The translations under genes and the position numbers were made by a program. Below, piece by piece: positions 27,301-38,800 of a stretch of 64,000 nucleotides of DNA. Numbering within the stretch: the first letter of the stretch is position 1; each line of letters begins with the position of its first letter. The stretch is taken from contig OZ249436.1 in the NCBI GenBank assembly GCA_965235115.1, forward strand, positions 10,416,001 to 10,480,000. The letters run 5' to 3'. Source of the DNA: Laetmonice hystrix (taxonomy: Eukaryota). The notes beneath the pieces are model-generated. The model was not told the origin of the DNA. It made no database searches and worked only from the letters and a program-made list of their open reading frames with translations.

Positions 27301-29961
27301 ATGACATGCACTTTTTCTGTGGGATAAAATGTCTTGTGTCCACTGAGGCATGAGAGTTCCCGTTGGCTTTCTGCTTGTGCACCCATGTCTACACCTCAGT
27401 ACAAGGTTACTAATGGTAGGCTCCCAGGCTTGCCTCGAAGCAGCTGTGCAGTCCACAGCTTGGTGCCTACTGGGCTATGGAAGATGAGGGCAGGCCGTCT
27501 TCATGTCTTGTTCATTCAGACATCTGATATCAAGTGATGATCTGAACTGGGAAATTGGGCGCCCCAGAGCCGACTGAAGGCAGACTTGGCCAGTCTCTTC
27601 TCTCTTGGAGCTTTGCCCTGCACTGCACTTAGCTTGGTGTGTTTTTTATATGTGTGAAGATACACGGGATAGGAGATTTAGTATACTGATATGTATCGAC
27701 AGTGACAAAATTACGTATAATTAAAACAATCAGATTTTCGCTCTTACACCTCACACTACATTCATCTTTCCACCCCACTCTTTGGGTAACTAAGTGCATT
27801 GATAATTTGGTTGACACCGATGCACTCATATAAACTACACTCGCAGCTTGCCGGCCACGATTGAGGCTAAAGATCAGGCCTAGAGGTGTTATCGACAGAT
27901 ATTCACCCCACACATGCCCTCACATCGAGTGCATGAAGCACAGAAACCCAAGCGCCCCATCGACTACAACTGTCGGCATGTACTTGGCAGCCACTGTGGC
28001 AAACCCGATTTCTGAGGATCCCGATCAGTTCAAGCATGTTCAGCAGTTTGAGGGCACATGGATTGGAGGGCCAAAACCGTGGGTGACTTTTCCATCGCTG
28101 TTCACTTCAAGTGACTCAATAATAAGTGAGGCTGAAAGGGGAGTGGAAGAATCCCGGCACACATCTCAGCATCGCCGCATTTCTAACGCTTTCAATATGT
28201 CCATCTCCCGGTGTTATAAACACTGATAAACACACCCGACAGATCCCACTCTCTGGGACGAGGGGGCCGCGTCTATTTTGGTGATCTATCCTGAACCCGT
28301 CCTGTCAGTACCTTACTATAGTCATTGGCCAGTTACAGCAAAGGACAAATCCTTAAGCCTCAATTTTCCCTTTCACCACAAGAGGTAAAGCCTTCTGTGA
28401 AAGGGGATGCGGCATCTCCTATCTAGGAGCCAGATTCTATTAAGTTGAACATCTGGCAAAAACAGTGAAACCTAAAGCTGGCTCAGTGTGCTTGGATCAG
28501 TACTGTTTGCCTTCAGCAATGGTCCGAGCCTGGTAGTAGATCACTTGATCCATAACGAGAGGCTAACACAATAATCTCTACAGTGATCTCATGATTAAAG
28601 CATTCTCATCTCCTGATGAATAATGGAGTGATTAAAACCCCAATTGCTGCCAATTGTGCATTAATTGATTTCTCACTGCTGGCCAACAATCATCGTCATC
28701 ACTGCTATAAGACGAGCCAACCATAGTAAACTCATTTAGCATAGCAAATATGTAATTTTTAATTTAAGTAACCCTCATGAATTCTTTATATCTTCATTTA
28801 CGGTAAGCATGTAGCAGTTATCTTCTGTCAGATCTGTTTCGACATCTACTTTGTTTCGAGTGGGTACGGAATGTCTGCAGGCCAACTGTGGCCAGCGCCT
28901 TGTGTCCGGGCAATGGACAGTGGTCGAGTGAGGCGGTGCAGGCGGGCGGGCGGGTGGCCGGCCCCCGGCCGCAGTGGGCCAGGAGATGGGCGGGCAACAG
29001 GTCAGTGATATCTACTGACAGCTAGGCCCTCACACTGACGCCATGTGTAACTGGAACTAATTACGCCGCCAGGCAAACAAGAGTAGGTCGTCACACCTCA
29101 AGAAATTATAATTCACGGAAACGGTTTAATAGAATTCCCACTATTTCTTTCAGTGAAAGTGGGTGGCTCATAAAAAGTATGTATGGTTATACACACATAC
29201 CTGGACATATATGTTCATAAATGTATAAAGTCTTAAGGTAATATGCTTGAGGCTAAGCCATGCAAATTATGCCAACAACTTGCTCCTTTCTAAGACAAGA
29301 CCCGTGAGAGCAATAGTTTTTCCGGCCTCTTCAAGGGAAAACTAACCTTTGGCCAGGGCATATACCTACCTATACGTATAGGCCTACAGTAACGGCCTGT
29401 CATACTTAAGGGCTCATCGCACAAGTAACGTTACTTTTTTATAATTCAAAACAAAAAACCCCTGGCAAAGGTTCATAATGAAACAATGCAAATAGTCTAC
29501 ATTTGTATATATTTAGGAATTCACCACTAAGTATAGATCTCTGTGGATCAGCAATGTTTATTCCCTGAATAGGTTTTCGTGGCTTTTCTTCCTATTTTAT
29601 ACCCCAACGAGTTGAAATAGGTACATTTCAACTACGGAATACTGAACCGTATACAGTTAGGCTTGCCCACATTCAACTCAACCTTTCTGAAAGGCTCTCA
29701 TTGAGATTGAAAGGCCTGCCCACAGAATCCCCCCCCCCCCCCCCCCCCGTGAAAACGTTACTACATGGGCAGACGGTAGTCGTCACCGGGTGGGCTTCAA
29801 GTTAGTCTGCTGCTCGCCTAGAAAACATGGGATGACGGATAACCGATGGATGACCGACCTGTCGGTATACATCTACAATGTCAATTGACGTAATATTAAA
29901 CACATGTAGGAGGAAAATATACGGGATACCCCCAGGCTTATAAAGGATGACATAGGCCTAC

Positions 29962-30663
29962 CTGTTTGAACTGTTCCTCAAACGTCCAGTGGTGCGCGGG
30001 CGATCCCCCGAGTCCGTCGCCGTTCGTCGAGCCGGGGGTCGGTGGGGACGGTCGGGGGAAGCGGTCTAGGAACGATTGTGGTGTGTGGTGTCCACTGCCC
30101 GGCAGCTGGGGGCTGAGATAGCCGTGTGGGGACCGTCGCTCGATCTCCCGGTCGACACGGTCCCCACGCTGCTCGGGTCGGTCTCGCTCACCCGGCTCTC
30201 TCTCCGACCGTTCCCGGTCGCGGTGGCCGTGAGCACCGCTACCCCCATGGAGGCCACCGTGGTGGTGCCCGTGATGTTTCGTCGTGAGGCCGTGCTGGGC
30301 GAGCAGCCCCGGCGGCCGCTGCGTGCGGATCTCCGTCTGGGCCTCCCGTTCCCGGGCTTGTTCTTTGTTGCCTCCCTCGGCGTGTGTCCGAAGGTCTTGG
30401 GCCTGTAATTCGGCGCTAAGTTCCTGTGCACGCAACTCCTGGGCCCTCAACTCCTCGTGAGCCCGTGCCCGTTCGAGGGCTTCCCTTTGGGCATCTCTCA
30501 ATTCACGTTCAATTTCCTCACGCTCCTCAAGTTCTTGTCGCTTTAATTTTTCTAAGATTTCCCTGTGAGAAGCGTCTAACTTGGCGGCGTCAATGTCATT
30601 GATTTCATTGTCACTAGCAGCGTCTGAAGAATCCACCTCCGTATCATTCATCTCCTCGTTGGA
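29962..30663 (-). CDS. ARID3: ARID3/dead ringer exon 2 (acidic, Glu/Arg coiled-coil-like, His-rich and Pro/Ser segments, ending at the ARID N-terminal extension)
   Basis: 702 nt open, between acceptor attgtttttatttacAG and donor GTAGGC, phase 0/0. Ends HHWTFEEQFKQ, the motif immediately preceding LYE in ARID3/Dri proteins. Confidence 0.95.
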
Positions 30664-31585
30664 CTGTAAATAAAAACAATTATTATGAACATTATGAAGT
30701 GACTGAAGAACAGAAGTTGGACCTACAATAGCTGAGTACCGGGTAATGCCTTTTATATGGGCATATAAAAAAGTAATTAGGAACTCTATAGGCTTAGGCC
30801 TAATCACTAATCACTGACGGAGACAACCCTTAGCTCAATCATCATTTTGAAGATTTTGTTCAACTTTCTGGAGCCACTAACCTAGGACCTAAGTAGTCCT
30901 AGGCATAGATCTACATGTAGAACGCATATTGGCCTTCCGGGAAATATATCAAACCTAGGCCTACACACGTTTTCTACAATTCAAAGCGATATTTCAACAT
31001 CAATAGATCTATTAATTCGTGATCTCTAACTGTAACATATCAGCCTCTTGCTCCCAACCCAGCCCCTATATCTATAGGGGCCTACAAGCCTAATTTCCTG
31101 GATGTGTCCAACTCTCTTGACAAACCTCCAGACGCTGCGATGAACATTTTAGCCTTGGTCTCAAAAGGTAGGCTAGCTATAGGCAAGGCAAGAGATTTAA
31201 CGTCATCCGAAGTGGGTAACCCTACCTTTGTACCAGATCGATCAGCATCAACCCCTAACTTTTTCTCCGTCACATCTCAGCTCTATCTCGAGTAGGCCTA
31301 GGCCTATGCGTGACAGGCAAAGCGTTAGGAATAGCAGGCATGACTGGGATAAAGACAGTCTAAGAAGGTTTGAAATAGGCCTAAGTACGATAAGCATTTT
31401 GGATCTGTCAGGTAAAAAAAACACTACAGAGATAGCATGCAATCCAAAATATATTTTAGATCTATCTCTAACGCAGGCCCTGGAAGGCCCGAACAGCGCG
31501 GAACCCAGCAATATTCCACTGACTCCATGAAACGCCTGTAAAAAAGGCTCCCGTCAAACAAACTGTCCGTGTAAAAGTTGCCTAC

Positions 31586-31639
31586 CACCAGAGGTCTGAA
31601 GCCGGCAAAGCCCGCCGTGCGCTCAAGTCGCACCTCCAT
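31586..31639 (-). CDS. ARID3: ARID3 candidate first coding exon 1b (MEVRLERTAGFAGFRPLV)
   Basis: ATG-initiated 54 nt ending at a GTAGGC donor in phase 0, compatible with exon 2; no homology check possible. Confidence 0.5.
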
Positions 31640-32001
31640 GTGCACGGAGTTGTAGACAGCTCCCCGGCGCGCGTAACTTACAAGATAGCCAGGCTATTGG
31701 TACAATGCACAAACATCAATGACTCAAACACTGGAGTCTCTGCTTGTAGCACCTTTTTGAACACTCAGTGTGTGTAGACTTACAAATGCCTAACTGCTGA
31801 GGTAAAAAAGAAAAAAAGAAATTGAACTTCTGAACCGCCAAGGAACTGTCACGCGAAGTGATCGGTCGACAGGAGGCCTCCTACACCTCCGCACTGGGCT
31901 TGGCGGGACAGACAAGTAATCTGAAGTTGCGCGGTCATCCGCCCGGATCAACCCGCAAAGTTTGCCAACTAAGCCGGGAAATGCACGAACTGACACTGTA
32001 C

Positions 32002-32049
32002 CATGCCGTCGATGCTGTCCTCTGTCGGTTCCATGGTCATGGTTGTCAT
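32002..32049 (-). CDS. ARID3: ARID3 candidate first coding exon 1a (MTTMTMEPTEDSIDGM)
   Basis: ATG-initiated 48 nt ending at a GTACAG donor in phase 0; its acidic sequence continues naturally into SNEEMNDTEVDSSD. Confidence 0.5.
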
Positions 32050-32417
32050 TATCCTGCACCGACACTCCGAGCGCCTCCAAGTCAGAGCGTCTGTATTCCA
32101 CGGCCTTTTGATATAGTCTGATACACGCGTGCAATAAATGCAATGAATACTTCAAAGTCTACCGCAACTTAATAATAAATCCCAGAATTCCGTGTGCGCC
32201 ATTGCTATTAATTTATGCAGGAGTTGACCTCTATTCTCGAACCGCCTTCTCCACTGGAGATTGACGTCACATGCATTGTTAACCCTAATGTATTGGGTTA
32301 TATGGCAAGATTTTGCAATATTAGTAAAGAAAATATATTTACTAGCATATTTTACGCGATAAATGTGTTGATCTGAGACATTTAGCATAAATTGGAAGCG
32401 AGGCTGTAAAATCCAAA
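32050..32417. promoter_or_regulatory. Bidirectional promoter region shared by ARID3 (-) and UTP15 (+)
   Basis: Lies between divergent ATGs. Perfect CRE palindrome TGACGTCA at 32262-32269; YY1-type AAAATGGCG overlaps the UTP15 ATG; flanks are CpG-rich. Confidence 0.7.
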
Positions 32418-32510
32418 ATGGCGACCTCCTTCAAGAAGACAACCATCCCGTCTTACCCACGTGTTGGCGAAAAAGTTACGCGAGACACCCTTTATTGGAA
32501 AAATTTGGAG
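32418..32510 (+). CDS. UTP15: UTP15 exon 1
   Basis: MATSFKKTTIPSYPRVGEKVTRDTLYWKNLE then GTATGG donor; matches the UTP15 N-terminus (human YP.LGEKITQDTLYW). Confidence 0.93.
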
Positions 32511-33264
32511 GTATGGAGTTCGCCATGTGCATAATTGATCTTTGGGGTACAATTTCTTGAGAGTGGGAGTCATATTGGGTGGATTTTAGGTCTGAAAAGG
32601 AGCAATTTCAGACTGCGGACGATTCGCCCGTGTTGTCTCGGTGCATGGCAGGGCGGGTCGATACGCCCGGTGGTGGTCATGTCGATGAACGTCCGAAGAC
32701 TATTTACTGTGAAAGTACACATTCGGAACAAGGCTTTTCATAGCATGACATATACATATATTAGACTCTTTCAGCTGGAGTACCTAAATAGGTTCCAGAG
32801 ATTATAACGATCGCGTGGGGATGTTGTAATATGTCAGTGTGTGAATGGTACGGGTTGACCGAGATTGTTGTCGGGATGAAGTTCACGATTTGCCGCTAGG
32901 GGTACGAACGCTGCTTCTCTCGAGGCCGCGCTGTGTACGCTGGCAGTCACACCGCAGCAGGCCGCTGACCCAGGCTGTCGCGGTGTACACTTGCCTGCTA
33001 CAACAGCGCAGTCCGACTGGAGTGTTAGTATTTTAACGCTGAAGTAGGAAACTACATTGGAGGAATCGGCCTGGCCCAATGCAATGGCAATAGAACTATC
33101 TATAGTAATATTTATAGTGCTAGGACATGGCTGGAAGAGTGGGGTCTGCCTCTTCGGGGAATCGTTTCACTACTGTTATTATACAAGCTCACATACCCCA
33201 TATTTCCTTGTGTATGAGGCCTTCCTCATACAGCTACTTTTTTTTTATCATTTCTATTTACTTT

Positions 33265-33490
33265 GTGGTTATTCTGCCTTCAGATGGCAGAATAAATCAA
33301 TTATTTTGACTTTTGAATTACCGACACAAAACAATATGTTTGGGTTAGGGTTAAGGTTAGGCCTAGTCCCAAAATTGTTGTTAATTAGGCCCTAATTACA
33401 TAATCCGCATTTCTGCCATCAGACATCATCGAAAATGAATCCAGTATTGCAGTCACATGACCCATACATATAGCGGCAGAATAACCACTG
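33265..33490. mobile_element. MITE-like element with a TTAGGG-like core
   Basis: ATTCTGCC/GGCAGAAT motifs in both orientations around GGGTTAGGGTTAAGGTTAGG (33342-33361); boundaries approximate. Confidence 0.35.
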
Positions 33491-34024
33491 CCTTCTAAGT
33501 ACAAGTAACCCTGACGTTGACATGCCATTTCAAATTTGGTGATTGCACAGGTAGTAAAAATGGGACAGTTTAAGGGTATAATTGTTTACTTTTAGGCCTT
33601 TTATGCCTAACAGCTTTAAGTAAGAAAAGTCGCCAATGTGTAATTCATAATGCATCTTTTTTGGTAAATCGTGGCAGATTTTCATAAATTGATTATTGAT
33701 TGTCTTTTGAAGGATGTAGCTTCGAATTCCTATGCTTAAATTCAATCTACGATAGCATTGTATTAGAACACAAACCAAGCAGCAAAATAACCTGTTTCGC
33801 ATTGCAAATTGCTATACAACTGATGCATTTTGCTAATCATTTTCCAGAATGTTCAGTATAATTTAGTACTATCTGCGAATCAATTTTTTATGTTGCTAGT
33901 CAAATTTTCTGGATTATTTTGCGCCTTGCATACATACATGGCAAAATAAAGTTTGAAGAGTTTAATGTTTCATGGCAGGGTTTCCTGCAAGCCTGTTTTG
34001 GAGGGAGACTCCCCCCCCCCCCCC

Positions 34025-34113
34025 CAGTGGCGTACCGGGGGGGGGGGTGCTTGTCGCCAACGCCTACGACGTTGGGTATTTCCAGCACCCCCTGGGTCCA
34101 GGGTATGCCACTG
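34025..34113. mobile_element. 89-bp MITE with CAGTGGCGTACC termini
   Basis: CAGTGGCGTACC ... GGTATGCCACTG terminal inverted repeats (1 mismatch), embedded between poly-C tracts. Confidence 0.7.
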
Positions 34114-35106
34114 CCCCCCCCCCCCCCAAAAAAAAAAGTTGCCCCAGAAATTTTGTTCTGTACCAAGTCTCTTGAGTTTGTGATATTCTTGCCTAGCGAG
34201 AAAACACATTATGATTATGTTAGCTTCTTTGCTAAACCTATATTATTTAAAAGGCAGAAGAAACTAGTGTTGTTGAATGTTTTACAACTTCTATAATAGA
34301 TACTATAATCAGCACTGATATCGACAACCCACGGGATTATCTGATGTATGTCAAGCACAGGACTTGCCTCAGATCGCAGGATGAAGAGAAAAGTAGCAAA
34401 GCTCCCCCAGTCAGTGAGCAGACATATTACACAACATGCTGCGCGACTTATGGAAAGGGATAGGAGAACGACCAGGGCACTTAATGTACAATGAATGTAG
34501 GTGGCAGTGAGCACGAAATGGTGATGATGGGTTTTGATGTAAATTTATTACTACCGTCTAGGTATAACATTGCACACATGTTAAACACATGGCACCGTGT
34601 AATGAATAACTAGCCAGTTTTGACAAATGAAAGTTACAAGAAACCCAAGACTGCATGCTTTGTTGTCACGTGATTGGAGGCACGCATGAGATGGATTCAC
34701 CTTCAACACCTCCATACTTCCATGGATGCCGTCGCTAAGATATCAGTTATAAAGTGCCTCTCCATAACACTGTCTGCCTCTCCCCTATTCTAGCTCATTA
34801 TTTGGACTTTGACTGGTAATGGTTACAGATAAATCTGGGTTGATTCAGTGACCTTTTTTTTGGTGAACATGATAATGCTTTATTCACCCCAAATCAATTA
34901 AGGTGCACCAGAAAAATAAACGATCCATATGTAAGAGGTATAAAAATAGCTTGGCCATGAAGGTATTAGTGATCTCTTTCACATGACCTTGAAGGATTTT
35001 CAAAAGAGAGTCGCCGTTCTTTCCAGGCATTACCGGTAGTTTTTTTATGCAACATAAATATGAAACCTATAGAGTAAAAGAAGCATTTTTGTTCAGCATA
35101 CAAATG

Positions 35107-35800
35107 CAGGGTGTCTGCGGAGTCCTATATTCCTATGTTATTCCTATATTTTAGCAAAAAAATTCTACAAAATTCTACAAAAGGAAATTCTTCCTATATT
35201 TTACCTGAAAACTCCTATATTTCTGGCATTATTTCCTATATTTTTTTTTAAATTGCTTTAGTTGTCCTTTCACCCAAGTTCTTACAGTTAATTCAGATGG
35301 AATGTTTGACTCGCCATATCGTTTTCTGGCTAATTTTGGTGTCAAGAATTTGTAGAAGTTTTAATATTGTGTATTAGGTTACCTTAGAAGACAATAGATA
35401 CATGTATATTGAAAAATAATGGGCCTGGTTATGTAAGATTTGGTTTAAAAAATAATATAAAGTAATACTTATATTAATATTAAAAAAGTGGAGGTGGTGG
35501 ATGGCTGTAATTGAGGTGGCCATCACGAAACGGTGACAAAACCCACAAACTTGTGCCAGTTCAACTTAACCTTTCCACAATAAGAGCAGTTTGTATAGGG
35601 CAATATTTTAATGTCATATTCAACTATAATGCCCGTAATTATATTGTAAAATAAACTAAGGGTTCCTATATTTTGGAGAATCACCAAAAAAGGCAAATTA
35701 AAGTTAATGTTATGTTTAATTTTGTTTTTATGGTCTTTATGTCCAACAATATGCCGTTTCAATCTTATGCAACAACCCCATTTAAATGTCTATATTTTTG
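35107..35800 (+). mobile_element. Probable truncated non-autonomous DNA transposon (hAT-like start)
   Basis: Begins CAGGGTGTCTGCGG followed by repeated subterminal TTCCTATATT motifs; no matching right TIR found. Confidence 0.3.
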
Positions 35801-38800
35801 CTCCTCATGCATTTGAATGAGAAGTCCAACAGATCGACATAGAGGGTTCCTCCAGCGAAAATGCTGCTGATGTCAGCTTGACTGCTTAGTGCTACTTAGT
35901 TCCATGAGTAGTTGCTCATTACAGGGACTTGGCCTCTGCCATGATGTATAGCATGACAGGGCTCAATGAACGGGCATCATTTGAATCCTCTCTTAGTTGT
36001 CCCACTGCAGGGTTTGACACTCGGCCTAAGGGATGCCGTTGTAATTTTCCGTCCAAACTACCAGCAGATCACTTGACTGAGCTGTTTATACAAAAAAGAT
36101 GGTTGGAAGTCACGGCTCGCCACGGTGCCTTTATTCCCATCTAATGAAAACACGGCCAGCGATATTTAACCTGATTATTGCGCTGTTTTGATTGTGTTTG
36201 AGTTTGTAGGGGAGGTGAGAGCAGTGGCAGTGAAAAGGTTGACACGTAAGGCATTGCGGGGTCTGCCCTGCGTTCACATCACAAAGCTCCTGGCTTAAAA
36301 GATTGATGCTCACTTGGAAGCATCCCACTGAATTTGATTAAATCTTTATTCCTCAATCAATTTTTTCCAATCAAGGGAAGTGTCCCTGCCTATCTACGGA
36401 AATTGGGCGCTTGGAATTTGATAGATTAAGTGTCAAAAAGTGAGTGTAGTAGACTGCCCTGTGTCATGGTGGTTCCGTGCCCATATTGGATTATCAAATG
36501 TTTGATTAGCCAACTGGGTTCTGTAGTTAGGCCTGGGTCTGTCAAGGTCAGCTCGGGCCAGCGCGCTGGTCCCAGCGCTCCAGTCAGCAAGGTGAAGATG
36601 TCACCAGGCATTGCTCCCAGTGAACCGCCCGAATCAAGCCTTATTCATCTATGAAGTGAACTTGTCTTTTGAGTGGGTTCCCGGGGGAAAGGTATCAGAT
36701 CAGGGGTGAGAGGGGAGGCGAGGAGGGGGAGGGTATCAGGGGGCGGCCATGATTTAAACATGCGGCAAGGTGGCAAGTGGAATAATCCTCGATGTTGCGG
36801 AACAGGGCGGGAGCAGTAGGAGCCTTGGGGGTGACGGATGAATGGGCTCGCAGTGAGCAAGTGGCTGAACCTGGTCAGTGTAAAGGATTGCAGTGGCCAA
36901 CAGAGACAGCTGCAGGGGTCAAGAAATTGCTCACGGTGATGTATGACCTGACCAACTGCAAGCAGATGGCAGAAATGCAAATGATAACCTGTGGAACAAT
37001 TTCATCATGGCTGGGGCTGCTCCTGTCATCCTACATGGTCAATCAAGGCTTGCCGTCTTTGAACGGCCAAGAATTTTATACACTGTGATCAAGAAGGCAT
37101 TTGAACCAGAACCGTAGAGCACAGTCACCGTAGTGGTCTGAAGTCATAAACAAAGACACCTTTCTGTTTAATAGGATCGTCATAGTTTGTAAGGTCAGCG
37201 GGTAAATTACAGGGTTATCAGCAACGTCTAAGATGTGTTTCTATTGTGTAGGCGTACATCATTGACTAGGACTTGAACTGTGAGTATCCATTTGGAAAAC
37301 TTGATGGCCAGCTAAAATTGCAATCTTATTCTGACCTTTCATAGTCTTAGTTGCTTTAAAGAAAAGGTCATTTTAGCCTTTCATCCAACGATCATCTCCT
37401 GGCATATCTAAAATTATACAGTATACAGTCATATTATAATAAATCATTTGTGAGGTTCTATTGCACACATATTCATTATCAAATCGGTGTTCATTTTTCA
37501 TTGGTACACTTGCAGTAAACCTAGATAATTTCATTTTCTAGTCGGAAAAGGAAGTTTTACAAAGTTTCATTCAGCACTTTGCTTGCTTCTCTTGATGACG
37601 CTTACAAAAACCATACAACTTATGGAATAATTCAGCTATACACCATAACTAGATAGTGTATATTTGCAGATGGGGACATAAGTAGTAACCATGATACGAT
37701 GACATCTTGCTGGTATCAGACTTTTTATAAGGATCAGGGGATCAGAGCAATAGGGAATGCAAGTCTCGTGTCCTAGATTGGTAAATGAGCAGAAATGGCC
37801 TCGAAACGCGTCGCAATGGTCCGGAAACGATTGTTATGTCACAATTTACCCATTGGTTTCAAACATCGACCAGATTTTTTTGTCAATTTTGACATAAAAA
37901 AATGAAAAGTATTCTTTCATATCTAAAATAGGTTGGTGCTCTTGTTTTGTAAGGTACAAAAATGAAAGTGCCCTAACCAAGAAATAATATTAGAAGTTGA
38001 CAGTTGCCGGCTCCTATATGCTAAAGTGACGAGATCATGGCCACATTAGGACCAAACTCGGCTGTTCTCGTGTTTTCTCATGTTTTCTCTTGACCCATAG
38101 GGTTAACAAAATAGTGGGCCAGTCCTTCAACAGTTCCCTACACTCAAGGTCTGGCCCACCAGATCTGATATTTTTGTGTTTCTCTGAAGAAGGACCCAAT
38201 TGTACTACATGTACGTACTTTGTTTCTTTTTCCTTGCAGTCGATTTATTAGCTTTGACAGATCAGGAGAGGATTACAGTATGTCCGCCCGTGTTGCTCAA
38301 ACTTCCCTTTTGAGGCCATTTATTCTGTAAGTAGTTTTATAACTGCAGGAAACGCCGGGCCCAGCCGCAGTTGGCTAAAGGATAGCCCATTGGGCACCTT
38401 TGGAAGGTCATTCAGAAGACAAACTACAAGCCCAGCAGCGTGTTCCATGAAAATATGACTTGCTTGTATCGCTTTAATTGTTTTGACAAATACCTTTCTC
38501 TCACTTTTGGAATGTCCAGATTCATTACACTTGAGGCTGATTAAGTAGTTAAACCAACTGATTGGTTGGTTGTCAACATGTCCCGTATTTTCTGTTGTAT
38601 CTTTATTGCAGGGAATAAGGCAGTGAAAGAGCCAGTTGGAAGTGTATACCGGGTAGTACCATCAAGAAATCTAATAAATTGTTACTCTCCCCGCACAATA
38701 AAGATGTACGACATTCTAGCATTACGTAAAGCCATTCTGAGTCATTAGGGAGAAACAAATCACAAAGAAAGGTTTTGTAATGATTGGAAACCAATGGGGA

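Noticed and set aside
29938-30807. 289-aa ORF as a single-exon gene
   Set aside because: Only 29962-30663 is exonic; the N- and C-terminal extensions are intron read-through past clear splice sites.
37781-37815. GAAACGCGTC motif of minimal Penelope-type hammerheads (also reverse strand at ~8749)
   Set aside because: No CTGANGA core or credible stem II at either site.
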